NCBI GenBank assembly: GCA_902577425.1
Contig: CACGZD010000001.1
Coordinates: forward strand, 113,860-177,859
Origin: an uncultured Alphaproteobacteria bacterium
Lineage (GTDB): Bacteria > Pseudomonadota > Alphaproteobacteria > HIMB59 > GCA-002718135
Reading direction: 5' to 3'
DNA length: 64,000 nt
Shown piece after piece: positions 19,730-30,622 of this stretch. The notes beneath the pieces are model-generated. The model made no database searches. It worked only from the letters and a program-made list of their open reading frames with translations, and was not told the DNA's origin. A program made the position numbers and the translations under genes. The stretch's first letter is position 1. Every line of letters starts with the position of its first letter.

Positions 19730-20665
19730 TTAATACAAATCACCGGGTGAATATTTGAGGTAGGGGTTATATAATCCCTTAGTTTTTGAAATTTGAATTT
19801 GTTTATTTCTTTCTTTTAAAGCTTTTTTCTTTTTAGCAGATATCTTTCCAAAACAATCTGGGCAAGAAAGACCGTTAATGTATTTTGGTGAACTTTTGTC
19901 TTTTTTGTTTATTGGATTTCTACAAGCATGACATAATTCATAAGTTCCTTGTTTTAATTCATGAATAACTGACACTCTATTGTCAAATACAAAACATTCT
20001 CCAACCCAGCTTGAATTTTTTTTTGGAATTTTTGATAAATAATCTATCACTCCACCTTTTAATTGATTAACATCCATAAAGCCTTTTTTTATCATGTAAG
20101 ATGAAGCCTTTTCACATCTAATGCCACCCGTACAAAATAATGCAATTTTTTTGTTTTTAAAATCTTTTAAATTTTTGTTAATAAATTTTTTAAATTCAGT
20201 AAAATTTTCTGTTTTAGGATTAATTGAACCTTTAAAAGTTCCAACTTTATATTCAAATTTATTTCTAACATCAATTAATACAGTTCTGTCATTTTTTATT
20301 AAGTCATCCCAGTCCTGTGGATTGATATGATTTCCTTTTATATTTTGAGGATCAGTTTTATTAGATCTTAGTGTTACTATTTCTTTTTTCACTCTTACCT
20401 TAAGTCTAAAAAAAGGCATATATTTATTGTAAGAATATTTTGGCAGTAAATTATCAAAACCTTTTTTAATTAAAAAAGACTCTAGTAGTTTTATTTCTTT
20501 TGAAGTTCCTGCGACTGTTCCGTTAATACCTTCTTCGGCTAAAATAATAGTTCCACGAATTTTATTAAATTTGCACATATCTTTCAGTACAGCATGAAAA
20601 TTTATAATATTTGTAATTTTTTTAAATTGATAAAAAGTAATAATAGTAAAAAGTAAATTATTCAT
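19730..20665 (-). CDS. trhO: Rhodanese-domain protein of the UPF0176/TrhO (tRNA U34 hydroxylase) family
   Basis: Typical architecture with active-site loop FCTGGIRCEKAS and a C-terminal Cys cluster (CHAC...CPDC). Confidence 0.8.
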   Translation of the reverse strand: MNNLLFTIITFYQFKKITNIINFHAVLKDMCKFNKIRGTIILAEEGINGTVAGTSKEIKLLESFLIKKGFDNLLPKYSYNKYMPFFRLKVRVKKEIVTLRSNKTDPQNIKGNHINPQDWDDLIKNDRTVLIDVRNKFEYKVGTFKGSINPKTENFTEFKKFINKNLKDFKNKKIALFCTGGIRCEKASSYMIKKGFMDVNQLKGGVIDYLSKIPKKNSSWVGECFVFDNRVSVIHELKQGTYELCHACRNPINKKDKSSPKYINGLSCPDCFGKISAKKKKALKERNKQIQISKTKGLYNPYLKYSPGDLY

Positions 20666-20705
20666 TTATTGCGTTCTATATAATAACTTAATAAAAATAG
20701 CCATA

Positions 20706-21605
20706 ATGAGTAAAGAAAACATAGATATAATAAAGAGATATTTAAACAACTATACCATTGAAACAACTCCAAGCGTTTACAAAAAATATATTAGTTTCTC
20801 AGGTATAGTAGACAAAAGTCATGCAATTTATATTACCTACCTTCCAGATGAAGATTCTGAAAATGTCATTGAAACTGCAAAAAAATTAATTCTTGAAGGA
20901 TATGATGTTATCCCTCATCTTCCATCTCGAACAATGGAAAGTAAATCCGAATTAGAAAAATATATTGCAAATTTATCTGAAGAAAGTGGATGTAAAAAAA
21001 TATTAGTAATTGGAGGAGGAGGAAAACAAAATGGAAATATTTCTAGTAGTTTGGAAGTTTTACAAACAGAATACTTAGATAAATATAATTTTAATGAAGT
21101 TGGAGTAGCTGGACATCCAGAAGGTAGTCCAGATATAAGTGAAGAAGAATTAGAAAGAGCTATTATAGAAAAAAATAAATTTTCAGCTAATGCTGATTTT
21201 AAAATGTATTTAGCAACTCAATTTTTCTTTGAAGCTGACTCTTTAATAAACTGGGAAAAAAAACTTAAATCTATTGGAAATTCGCTAGATATCCATGCTG
21301 GTATACCAGGTCCAGCTTCTCTTAAAACTTTAATAGCCTATGCTAAATCTTGTGGTATTGGAAATTCTATTCGTTTTTTATCAAAACAAGCTCTTAATAT
21401 TACAAAGTTAGCTTCTCCCAAAACACCTGATAAATTAATCTATGATTTAGCAGAGTATAATAATACTAATAAAAATACTTGTTTAAAAAAGTTGCATTTC
21501 TATCCTTTTGGAGGAATTAAAAAAACATCTGAGTGGCTTGATTCTTTAAAAAAATCTAAATTTATCTATAATTCAAACAACGAATTTGAAATAATTAATA
21601 ATTAA
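20706..21605 (+). CDS. Methylenetetrahydrofolate reductase family protein (MetF-like)
   Basis: MTHFR-family pattern (VGVAGHPEGSPD, ATQFFFEAD, GIPGPAS), ~299 aa, immediately upstream of fhs. Confidence 0.72.
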   Translation: MSKENIDIIKRYLNNYTIETTPSVYKKYISFSGIVDKSHAIYITYLPDEDSENVIETAKKLILEGYDVIPHLPSRTMESKSELEKYIANLSEESGCKKILVIGGGGKQNGNISSSLEVLQTEYLDKYNFNEVGVAGHPEGSPDISEEELERAIIEKNKFSANADFKMYLATQFFFEADSLINWEKKLKSIGNSLDIHAGIPGPASLKTLIAYAKSCGIGNSIRFLSKQALNITKLASPKTPDKLIYDLAEYNNTNKNTCLKKLHFYPFGGIKKTSEWLDSLKKSKFIYNSNNEFEIINN

Positions 21606-21698
21606 TTAACATATTTTATGTTTTTTTATTTCTTATATTGAAATAACAATTTATAAAACCCAGAATTTCAAATATAAAAAAAATTTTAAAATTGAACA

Positions 21699-23360
21699 AT
21701 GTCAGACATAGAAATTGCACGTAAAGCTATAAAACAACATATAAAAGATGTTGCTGGTAAATTAGATTTAAAAGAAACTGACCTTCGTCCGTATGGTCAT
21801 CATATAGCTAAAATAGATATGGGTGCTATTAATAAGCTTCCTCAAAAAAATTCAAAATTAATTTTAGTAACTGCAATCTCACCTACTCCTGCAGGTGAAG
21901 GTAAAACTACAACTTCTGTTGGTTTGCATGATGGTTTATGTAAAATTGGTAAAAAAAGTATAGTATGTTTAAGAGAGCCAAGTCTTGGTCCAAGTTTTGG
22001 AATGAAAGGTGGTGCAGCTGGAGGGGGATATGCTCAGGTTATCCCTATGGAGCATATTAATCTTCATTTTACAGGAGACTTTCATGCCATTACATCTGCT
22101 AATAACTTGTTAGCCTCTTTAATTGATAATCATATTTATTGGGGTAACAAATTAGAAATTGATACTAGAAGAGTAGTTTGGAAAAGATGTGTTGATTTAA
22201 ATGATAGAGCTTTAAGAGAGATAACAGCTAATCTTGGAGGTGTATCTAATGGTTTTCCAAGAACTGATGGATTTAATATTACTGTTGCTTCTGAAGTTAT
22301 GGCTATATTCTGTTTAGCAAATGATCTTAAAGATTTAGAGAGAAGATTAGGAAATATTACAGTAGCATACACTCGAAATAAAAAACCAATTTTTGCTAAA
22401 GATTTAAAAGCTGAGGGTCCAATGACTGTTTTATTAAAACAAGCTTTGATGCCAAATTTAGTCCAAACACTAGAAAATAATCCGGCTATAATTCATGGTG
22501 GTCCATTTGCAAATATTGCTCATGGATGTAACAGTGTTATAGCTACCAAAACAAGTCTCAAGATTGCAGATTATGTTGTTACTGAAGCTGGCTTTGGAGC
22601 TGATCTAGGCGCAGAAAAGTTTCTTGATATTAAATGCAGAAAAGCAGATCTAAAACCTGATGGTGTAGTTCTTGTTGCAACTATTAGAGCTTTAAAGATG
22701 CATGGAGGTGTTGAAAAAAGTGATTTAGGAAAAGAGAATATTGAAGCTGTCAGATCTGGAATTTCTAATCTGAAAAGACATGTTGAAAATATAAAAAAAT
22801 ATGGTTTACCGATTATTGTAGCAATAAATCATTTTGTAGCAGATACTGAAAATGAAATGAGAATACTGCAAGAAGAATGTGAAAAAATAGGTGTTGAAGC
22901 CGTCCCCTGTAAACATTGGTCTGACGGAGGAAAAGGCACTGTTGATTTAGCTAAAAAAGTTGTTGATCTAGTTGATCAAAAAAATTCTTTTAAATTTTTA
23001 TACGAAGATAAAATAAGTTTATTAGATAAAATAGAAAAAATTGCTAAAGAAATTTACGGTGCTGATGAAATTATAGCTGATAGTAAAATAAGATCACAAC
23101 TAAAACAATTTGAAGAAAATGGTTATGGTGATTTTCCAATATGTATTGCCAAAACTCAATATAGCTTTTCTACTGATCCAACCCTTAAAGGAGCTCCTTC
23201 TGGACATAGTGTCCCAATTAGAGAGCTTAGACTTTCAAGTGGAGCTGAGTTTATTGTTGTCATTTGTGGAGAAATAATGACTATGCCAGGTTTGCCAAGT
23301 ATACCCGCAGCAGATTCAATAAAGCTAAATGACAAAGGAGAAATTGAAGGTCTTTTCTAA
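21699..23360 (+). CDS. fhs: Formate--tetrahydrofolate ligase
   Basis: Full-length FTHFS: [50 protein letters not shown]. Confidence 0.96.
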   Translation: MSDIEIARKAIKQHIKDVAGKLDLKETDLRPYGHHIAKIDMGAINKLPQKNSKLILVTAISPTPAGEGKTTTSVGLHDGLCKIGKKSIVCLREPSLGPSFGMKGGAAGGGYAQVIPMEHINLHFTGDFHAITSANNLLASLIDNHIYWGNKLEIDTRRVVWKRCVDLNDRALREITANLGGVSNGFPRTDGFNITVASEVMAIFCLANDLKDLERRLGNITVAYTRNKKPIFAKDLKAEGPMTVLLKQALMPNLVQTLENNPAIIHGGPFANIAHGCNSVIATKTSLKIADYVVTEAGFGADLGAEKFLDIKCRKADLKPDGVVLVATIRALKMHGGVEKSDLGKENIEAVRSGISNLKRHVENIKKYGLPIIVAINHFVADTENEMRILQEECEKIGVEAVPCKHWSDGGKGTVDLAKKVVDLVDQKNSFKFLYEDKISLLDKIEKIAKEIYGADEIIADSKIRSQLKQFEENGYGDFPICIAKTQYSFSTDPTLKGAPSGHSVPIRELRLSSGAEFIVVICGEIMTMPGLPSIPAADSIKLNDKGEIEGLF

Positions 23361-23391
23361 AACTGATATATATTTTTTAAATCAATAAATA

Positions 23392-24654
23392 ATGCATACT
23401 AAACCAAAAAAATATTCAGTTTTCTCTTTAATTAAAAATGCTCTTTCATATCATGAAAACTGGCAACCTGCCTGGAGATCTCCAGATCCAAAAAAAGAAT
23501 ATGATGCTATAATTGTTGGAGGTGGCGGACATGGCCTTACCACAGCTTATTATCTTGCTAAAAATCATGGATTAACAAATATAGCCGTTATTGAAAAAGG
23601 TTGGATAGGAGGTGGAAACACTGGAAGAAATACTACAATAATTAGATCAAATTATTTATGGGACCAAAGCGCCGCTCTTTATGAACATGCCTTAAAATTA
23701 TGGGAAGGTATGTCTCAAGAATTAAATTATAATGTCATGTTTTCACAAAGAGGGGTTATGAATGTTGCACACACGCTTCATGATGTCAGAGAACTCAAGC
23801 GAAGATGGCACGCAAATCGCTTAAATGATATTGATTGTGAATGGCTGAATACCGCTCAAGTTAAAGAGTTTTGTCCAATCATCAATACATCTCCTCATAT
23901 AAGATATCCTGTTCTAGGAGCAACTCTTCAAAGAAGAGCTGGCACAGCTAGACACGATGCAGTTGCCTGGGGATATGCAAGAGGAGCTGATGCAATGGGA
24001 GTAGACATAATCCAAAACTGTGAGGTAACTAATATTAATATATCTAACGGCCATGTATCAGGTATAGAAACGTCTAAGGGAACAATAAATTCAAAAAAAA
24101 TTGGAATAGTTGCAGCAGGACATTCTAGCGTAATTGGAAGTATGGTTGGTATTAGGCTACCTCTTGAAAGCAGACCTCTACAAGCTTTAGTTTCAGAACC
24201 TGTAAAGCCAATTATTGATACTGTTGTAATGTCCAATACAATTCACGCTTATGTTTCTCAATCTGATAAAGGTGAATTAGTAATTGGTGCAGGAACAGAT
24301 GGATATACTTCTTATTCTCAAAGAGGAGGTTTTAATATTGTTGAAGATACTATCTCTGCAGTTGTAGAATTGTTTCCTCTTTTTTCAAGAATGAAAATGT
24401 TAAGACACTGGGGAGGTATTGTCGATATTTGTCCTGATGCAAGTCCAATAGTAAGTAAAACTCATATTAATGGACTATATTTTAATTGTGGTTGGGGCAC
24501 AGGAGGTTTTAAAGCTACTCCTGGATCGGGCTGGGTATTTGCACATACAATAGCCAATGATGAACCTCATGAACTTAATGCACCTTTTACTATTAATCGT
24601 TTTTCAAGTGGTGAATTAGTAGATGAACATGGTGCTGCTGCTGTAGCTCATTAA
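23392..24654 (+). CDS. soxB: Heterotetrameric sarcosine oxidase, beta subunit
   Basis: FAD motif [16 protein letters not shown] and C-terminal [11 protein letters not shown]. Followed by the delta, alpha and gamma subunit genes. Confidence 0.9.
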   Translation: MHTKPKKYSVFSLIKNALSYHENWQPAWRSPDPKKEYDAIIVGGGGHGLTTAYYLAKNHGLTNIAVIEKGWIGGGNTGRNTTIIRSNYLWDQSAALYEHALKLWEGMSQELNYNVMFSQRGVMNVAHTLHDVRELKRRWHANRLNDIDCEWLNTAQVKEFCPIINTSPHIRYPVLGATLQRRAGTARHDAVAWGYARGADAMGVDIIQNCEVTNINISNGHVSGIETSKGTINSKKIGIVAAGHSSVIGSMVGIRLPLESRPLQALVSEPVKPIIDTVVMSNTIHAYVSQSDKGELVIGAGTDGYTSYSQRGGFNIVEDTISAVVELFPLFSRMKMLRHWGGIVDICPDASPIVSKTHINGLYFNCGWGTGGFKATPGSGWVFAHTIANDEPHELNAPFTINRFSSGELVDEHGAAAVAH

Positions 24655-24659
24655 AAGTT

Positions 24660-25013
24660 ATGTTTTTAATTAATTGTCCTTATTGTGGAGAGAGAGAACA
24701 GGTTGAATTTAGTTGTGGAGGAGAGGCTCATATAGAACGACCAAAAAATCCATCCGATTTAACTGATGATCAATGGGCAGATTATCTTTTCATGCGTAAA
24801 AATATAAAAGGAGTACAATTTGAAAGATGGAATCATATCAATGGATGTCGAAGATGGTTTAATGTTGCAAGAAATACTGCAACAGATGAAATATTAAAAG
24901 TATATAATATTGGAGAAAGTGCTCCTAGTATAAGTGGCAATAATCCGACAACACCTTCAGGTGAGCCAGTCATTGGCTCTGGAAATTTGTCTTCTTCTTT
25001 TGAGAAAAAATAA
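24660..25013 (+). CDS. soxD: Sarcosine oxidase, delta subunit
   Basis: Zinc-ribbon-type N-terminus INCPYCGEREQVEF...H...C and conserved position. It has a longer C-terminal tail than usual. Confidence 0.85.
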   Translation: MFLINCPYCGEREQVEFSCGGEAHIERPKNPSDLTDDQWADYLFMRKNIKGVQFERWNHINGCRRWFNVARNTATDEILKVYNIGESAPSISGNNPTTPSGEPVIGSGNLSSSFEKK

Positions 25014-25014
25014 T

Positions 25015-27972
25015 ATGTCAAAAAAAATTTCTTTTACTTTTGATGGAAAAAAATATTTTGGCAAAGAAAACCATTCTCTTGCTGAGGCTTTATTAGATAA
25101 TGGGATATTTTTATTAGGCAGAAGTTTTAAATATCATAGACCAAGAGGTCTTATAAGCGCCGGAAGTGAAGAGGCAAATGCAATAGTTCAATTAGAAACT
25201 GGGAATATTACTCAACCAAATGTAAGAGCAACAGAAATAACTCTTTATGAAGGATTAAAAGCTAAATCTCAAAATCATTGGCCAACTTTAAATTTAGATA
25301 TTGGTTCAATTAATGATTTTCTTTCACGTTTTTTTCCTGCTGGATTTTATTATAAAACTTTTATGTGGCCTCCTAAATTTTGGGAAAAATATGAATACTT
25401 TATAAGAAGAGCTGCAGGTTTAGGCGAATCTCCTACTGAGGATGATCCTGATAAATATGAACATTTTCATTACCATTGTGATGTACTTATAGTTGGAGGA
25501 GGAATAAGTGGTTTATATGCTGCTGAATTAGCAGCAAAAGCAAACTTAAAAGTTTTAGTATTAGAACAATACCCTAAACTTGGTGGAGAAATAAATAATC
25601 AAGGTAAAGTAAGTGCAAATAAATTTAGAGAAAGTGATCAAAATATTATTTATCAAAATATTTTTTCTAAACTAGAAAAATTTGATAATGTAAAAATAGT
25701 TACTTCTACAACAGTTTTTGCTTACATGCATAATAATTACTTACTTGCATCTCAAAAAACTAATAATACAAAAATCAGAGAAATTATTTGGAAAATAAGA
25801 ACAAAAAAAGTAGTTTTAGCGACAGGATCAATAGAAAGACCATTAACATTTCATAATAATGATAGACCAGGCATAATGCTTTCTCACAGTGCAAGAAAAT
25901 ATGCAAATAAAGGAATAGATTTAGGAAAAAATATAATCGTATTTACAAATAATGATTATGCGTATGAAGCAGCGATAGACTTCAAATTGATTAATAATGA
26001 AAACAAAGTAACTGTTATTGATATTCGTAATAATTCAAAAGGAGATCTGATAAAAGAAGCAAAATCAATAGGAATAAAAATTCTTTTTAACCATATTGTA
26101 ACTAATACTAGGGGAAGAAAGAGGATTAATTCAATTTTTGTTCACAAAATTGATAATGAAACAAATAAAATAATTGATAATTATGGAAAGATTTCTTGTG
26201 ATATACTTTGTGTATCTGGAGGATGGTCTCCTACTGTTCATCTCTTTACACAATCTAGAGGTAAATTAATTTTTCGAGAATCTGATGCAACTTTTATACC
26301 AAATGAATCTTTTCAAAATGAAATCAGCGTAGGCGCTTGCAATGGAACATATGCTTTAGAAGAAATATTAGAAGAAATAGATAATAAAATGTCAAATTTA
26401 TTATCTAGTTTTAAAATAGATATTAAAAATAATAATCACCCAAGTTTAAATAAAATAAAAAAAATATTTTATGATAAGATGAAACATCTTTGGATTATCC
26501 CTTCGAATATTAATTTTAAAAAAACTAAAATGTTTGTTGATTTTCAAAATGATGTAACGGCTAAAGATATACAATTAGCTTTAAAAGAAGGATACAGATC
26601 TATAGAACATGTAAAGCGATACACAACTACTGGTATGGCTACTGATCAAGGAAAAACGAGTAATATAAATGCCCTTGGTATTATTTCTAAATTAACAGAT
26701 ACTCCTATTCATAAACTTGGAACTACTACTTTTAGACTACCCTATACTCCAGTTACTTTTGGAGCGTTAGCTGGGAGACATGTAAAAGAATTTTTTGATG
26801 TTGAAAGAACTACTCCAATGCATCAATGGCATTTAGACAACAATGCTAAATTTGAAGATGTAGGTCAATGGAAAAGAGCTTGGTATTATCCAATTAATAA
26901 TGAAAATATGCATCAAGCCGTAAATCGAGAGGTTAAAGCAACAAGAAAAGGCATAGGAATTCTTGATGCTTCAACTTTAGGAAAGATTGATATTAAGGGA
27001 CGTGATGCAAATGAATTTCTAAATAGAGTATACACAAATTCATGGTCAAAACTTGGTATTGGAAAATGTCGCTATGGCTTAATGCTTGGAGATGACGGAA
27101 TGGTAATTGATGATGGGGTGACAAGTAGACTTGGTGAAAATCATTATGTAATGACAACAACAACTGGTAATGCTGCAAGTGTAATGAGTAAATTAGAAGA
27201 CTGGCTACAAACAGAGTGGCCTGAACTTAAAGTGTTTTTAACCTCTGTGACTGAACAATTTGCTACAATTAGTATAAATGGCCCATTTGCTACAAATCTA
27301 ATGCAAAAACTTTGTGTAAATTTTGATTTTTCTTATGAAAATTTCCCTCATATGAGTTTTAAAAATATTGAAATAGGTGGTGTAAATTGTCGCGTAATGC
27401 GTATTAGCTTTACTGGAGAAAAGTGTTACGAAATTAATATACCATCAAGTTATGCTCAATCTTTATGGTCAAAATGTTTTGAAATTGGAAAAGATTTTAA
27501 TATTACACCTTATGGAACAGAAGCTATGCATGTTTTAAGAGCAGAAAAAGGATTTGTAATTGTTGGGCAAGAAACTGATGGATCAGTTACTCCTGTTGAT
27601 TTAGATATGAGTTGGATTGTAAGCAAGAAAAAATATGATTTTATAGGCAAAAGAGCTCTTTATAGAAGTGATACGGTAAGAGAAGATAGAAAACAATTAG
27701 TGGGAATATTAACTAAAGATCCAAATATTGTTTTGGAAGAAGGAGCGCAACTTGTTGAAGAAGTATCTAAACCTCCTATGAAAATGATTGGTCATATTAC
27801 TTCTAGTTATCACTCTCCTAATTTAGGAAGATCAATTGCCTTAGCTCTTGTAAAAGAAGGATTAAAGAAAAAAGGAAAAACAATATACGCTCCTATGCCT
27901 ACCAAAACGATAGAAGTTGAAATATGTGATCCTGTGTTTATTGATCCTTTAAATGAAAGGCTTAGTGCATGA
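25015..27972 (+). CDS. soxA: Sarcosine oxidase, alpha subunit
   Basis: I place the start at ATG 25015 (MSKKISFTFDGKKY...), 1 nt after the soxD stop. The track start at 24934 would overlap soxD. NAD/FAD motif VGGGISGLYAA and a C-terminal GcvT-like folate-binding domain. Confidence 0.9.
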   Translation: MSKKISFTFDGKKYFGKENHSLAEALLDNGIFLLGRSFKYHRPRGLISAGSEEANAIVQLETGNITQPNVRATEITLYEGLKAKSQNHWPTLNLDIGSINDFLSRFFPAGFYYKTFMWPPKFWEKYEYFIRRAAGLGESPTEDDPDKYEHFHYHCDVLIVGGGISGLYAAELAAKANLKVLVLEQYPKLGGEINNQGKVSANKFRESDQNIIYQNIFSKLEKFDNVKIVTSTTVFAYMHNNYLLASQKTNNTKIREIIWKIRTKKVVLATGSIERPLTFHNNDRPGIMLSHSARKYANKGIDLGKNIIVFTNNDYAYEAAIDFKLINNENKVTVIDIRNNSKGDLIKEAKSIGIKILFNHIVTNTRGRKRINSIFVHKIDNETNKIIDNYGKISCDILCVSGGWSPTVHLFTQSRGKLIFRESDATFIPNESFQNEISVGACNGTYALEEILEEIDNKMSNLLSSFKIDIKNNNHPSLNKIKKIFYDKMKHLWIIPSNINFKKTKMFVDFQNDVTAKDIQLALKEGYRSIEHVKRYTTTGMATDQGKTSNINALGIISKLTDTPIHKLGTTTFRLPYTPVTFGALAGRHVKEFFDVERTTPMHQWHLDNNAKFEDVGQWKRAWYYPINNENMHQAVNREVKATRKGIGILDASTLGKIDIKGRDANEFLNRVYTNSWSKLGIGKCRYGLMLGDDGMVIDDGVTSRLGENHYVMTTTTGNAASVMSKLEDWLQTEWPELKVFLTSVTEQFATISINGPFATNLMQKLCVNFDFSYENFPHMSFKNIEIGGVNCRVMRISFTGEKCYEINIPSSYAQSLWSKCFEIGKDFNITPYGTEAMHVLRAEKGFVIVGQETDGSVTPVDLDMSWIVSKKKYDFIGKRALYRSDTVREDRKQLVGILTKDPNIVLEEGAQLVEEVSKPPMKMIGHITSSYHSPNLGRSIALALVKEGLKKKGKTIYAPMPTKTIEVEICDPVFIDPLNERLSA

Positions 27973-28544
27973 ATTTACAACAAGATAACTGTATAAATTC
28001 TCTAAGTAATAATAAAGTTGAAAATCACTTTGGAGTAGAGATTCAAGAACTACCTTTTATAAATAAAATAAATGTAAGAATTGATATTAACGATAATCAA
28101 AATATAATAAAATGTGGAAAATTAATAAATGCTATATTGCCAATTCAACCTAATACTTATGTTAAAAATGACAATGTAAAAGCAATATGGTTGGGGCCAA
28201 ATGAATGGTTAATAACTAATAATCAAAACTTATATAGCAATTTAAAAAGTGAAATAGGTAACATTCAAGCTAGTGTCACAGATGTATCAGAAAATAGAAC
28301 AGTAATTAGAATATCAGGTGAACAAATCTTTAAATTATTGTCTAAATTTTTAGTTTTAGATTTAGAAAAAAATTTACCAGATGAATCATCATGTGCCCAA
28401 ACATTATTTGTAAAAGTTCCTATACTTTTAGTTAGAAATAATAATGAAAAACAAATTCCAGAAATTGATATTTTTACTAATAGATCTCATGCTAATTATA
28501 TCTACAATCTAATTGTGGATGGAAGCCAATATCTTGATTTTTAA
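27969..28544 (+). CDS. soxG: Sarcosine oxidase, gamma subunit
   Basis: Size (~190 aa), 4-nt overlap with soxA and a family-like core (WLGPNEWLI, RISGEQIFKLLSK). Weaker sequence signal than the other subunits. Confidence 0.72.
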   Translation: MNLQQDNCINSLSNNKVENHFGVEIQELPFINKINVRIDINDNQNIIKCGKLINAILPIQPNTYVKNDNVKAIWLGPNEWLITNNQNLYSNLKSEIGNIQASVTDVSENRTVIRISGEQIFKLLSKFLVLDLEKNLPDESSCAQTLFVKVPILLVRNNNEKQIPEIDIFTNRSHANYIYNLIVDGSQYLDF

Positions 28545-29010
28545 ATTTTTATTTATCTTTTTTTTATATTTTTTAATTTACTATATTAATCAAAATCAAA
28601 TAATAATTTTAGGTGATGCAAAAGTAATTGACGGTGATACTATTCACATAAATAATAATAAAATTCGGCTACATGGAATTGATGCGCCTGAATTAAATCA
28701 AAATTGTATTTATAAAGAAAAAAACTGGGAATGTGGGAGGAATTCTAAAAAATATTTGTTAAATTTAACAAATTCTAATCAAGTTAAATGTAAAGTTATT
28801 GGGATAGATAGATATAAAAGATTCATTGCTAGTTGTTTTATAGATCATGTAAATATCAACAAAATGATGGTTAAAGAAGGGTGGGCTATAGCATATCGAT
28901 ATTATTCAAAAGATTATGTAGACGAAGAATTTATCGCTAAAAAAAATAAGTTAGGTATTTGGAAGGGGGAATTTATTGAGCCTTATTTATTCCGAAGAAA
29001 AAAAAAATAA
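28519..29010 (+). CDS. Membrane-anchored thermonuclease (staphylococcal nuclease, SNase-like) family protein
   Basis: N-terminal TM segment, then SNase motifs (VIDGDTI, IRLHGIDAPE, GWAIAY, GIWKG). The start is ATG 28519 or TTG 28513, and both overlap the end of soxG. Confidence 0.75.
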   Translation: MEANILIFKFLFIFFLYFLIYYINQNQIIILGDAKVIDGDTIHINNNKIRLHGIDAPELNQNCIYKEKNWECGRNSKKYLLNLTNSNQVKCKVIGIDRYKRFIASCFIDHVNINKMMVKEGWAIAYRYYSKDYVDEEFIAKKNKLGIWKGEFIEPYLFRRKKK

Positions 29011-29014
29011 TATT

Positions 29015-29677
29015 TTACTGATGGTGAGAGGTATCTTGCAAAACTTTAATTAATAAATTTTGCTCCTCAATTAAATTTTCTAATTTATTAATTTTTTTCT
29101 GCAATTCTTTTTTTTGATTATTTAATTTTATATTTTTATTAGAAATAATCTTATATTCTTTTAAAAGAACTGCTGTCTCATTATTAGAATTAACCAAACT
29201 ATTTTGTAATAATTTTTTTTCTTCATTAATATCAAATAATCTTTTATTTAATTTTTCTATTTCTTGCTTTGCTTCTAATTTTGTTTTGCTAATTTGATCA
29301 TTAATATTTTTGATTTGATCTTTTTCCAAACTATCAAGCTTTAACTTTTCTTCTAAATTTTCAACTAATTTAGATAATTTCTTTATTTCAATTTTATGAT
29401 TTAAAATATCTTCTTTAAATATTTTTATTTGTCTATCTCTAAAATTTATTTTCTGTTCTTTATCAAAAATCTTTAATTCCAATTCCTCAATGGTTGAATC
29501 TAAATTTGGTTCAAAAATTTCATTTTCTTGAGGTAAAAATTCGTCAGTTGGGATATTTTCATTTAATTGTATTCTTGGATTAATAAAAATAAATAAAACT
29601 ATAATTATTAATATAGATAAAATTATAAAGGTATTTCGCCTTTTTTTTCTTGCTCTCTCTCCTACAAAACCAGCCAT
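29015..29677 (-). CDS. Hypothetical membrane-anchored coiled-coil protein
   Basis: Basic N-terminus plus one TM segment (FIILSILIIIVLFIF), then ~170 aa of K/E/L/N-rich heptad-like sequence. No family recognised. Confidence 0.5.
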   Translation of the reverse strand: MAGFVGERARKKRRNTFIILSILIIIVLFIFINPRIQLNENIPTDEFLPQENEIFEPNLDSTIEELELKIFDKEQKINFRDRQIKIFKEDILNHKIEIKKLSKLVENLEEKLKLDSLEKDQIKNINDQISKTKLEAKQEIEKLNKRLFDINEEKKLLQNSLVNSNNETAVLLKEYKIISNKNIKLNNQKKELQKKINKLENLIEEQNLLIKVLQDTSHHQ

Positions 29678-29736
29678 ATTAATTTGAATTTATTTATCTC
29701 ATTACTAAAAAATTATGATTAAAACAAATAATTGTT

Positions 29737-30570
29737 TTAATTAAGGTAATTTGAAGGATCTAAGGAATAAGTTTGTTTACGAATATATTTAGTAATTTCT
29801 TTTAAATCTCCAATTTCTTTTAACTGGTTAAAATCAATCACTTCGCCAATATGTAAATTAATAGTATCACCAATTTTTCTTTTTAATTCATACATCATTA
29901 AGGAATATCGAAAAGTTTGTCCTATTTTATTAGCTATGTGAAAAAGTTGACTATTTTCACCTTCAAAAAAAATTGGTAATATAGGCGAACTAGTTTTAAT
30001 TGCTAATTTAGAAGTAAATTGCTTCCAATCACCGTCATCAGCTTTAATTTTTTTACTAATTTTATTTTTTGTAGCTATTTGTCCTGAAGGAAAAATAACT
30101 ACTAAACCATTATCTTTTAAATGAGACTCGGCTGATTTTCGAGCTTCAATATTATTTTTAACTGCCTCTCTAGTTTTTGAAAAATCTATAGGAATAATTT
30201 TTTCTTTAACTGCTTCTGCTTGTCTTAGAACTTTATGTGTAATCATTTTATAATCTTGCCTTAATTTTGAAATTAAAGAACAAATTGTTACACCATCAGC
30301 AACTCCAAAAGCATGATTGGCTACTACAATTAATCTGCCATTTTTAGGTATGCCTTTTTCAGAATGATAATGTGATACTACACTTAATTTTAATTTTTTT
30401 ATTGCATCATTCCAAAAATTTTCTGGAGGATTATTTTCTGACAAATATTGATCATAAAGTTTTTTTAAAATCAATTTTCCAGTTAATAATTCTATTATTT
30501 TAATAAATTGTTGTCCAATTTTATTAACTTCAGAAGAAGCAAATGTAAAAGCTAATTTATTATCTTTCAT
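29737..30570 (-). CDS. Lysophospholipid (PlsC-type) acyltransferase family protein
   Basis: Acyltransferase HX4D motif (NHAFGVAD) and the downstream FPSG motif (VIFPSGQ). ~277 aa. Confidence 0.7.
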   Translation of the reverse strand: MKDNKLAFTFASSEVNKIGQQFIKIIELLTGKLILKKLYDQYLSENNPPENFWNDAIKKLKLSVVSHYHSEKGIPKNGRLIVVANHAFGVADGVTICSLISKLRQDYKMITHKVLRQAEAVKEKIIPIDFSKTREAVKNNIEARKSAESHLKDNGLVVIFPSGQIATKNKISKKIKADDGDWKQFTSKLAIKTSSPILPIFFEGENSQLFHIANKIGQTFRYSLMMYELKRKIGDTINLHIGEVIDFNQLKEIGDLKEITKYIRKQTYSLDPSNYLN

Positions 30571-30622
30571 TAATACAAAATTAATTTTTAATCATAATTT
30601 TAAATAATATATTAATGTTTTA

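Noticed and set aside
24934-25014. Upstream extension of the soxA ORF (the track start at 24934 would overlap soxD by 80 nt).
   Set aside because: The ATG at 25015 lies 1 nt after the soxD stop and yields a typical alpha-subunit N-terminus. The extension is just open frame inside soxD.
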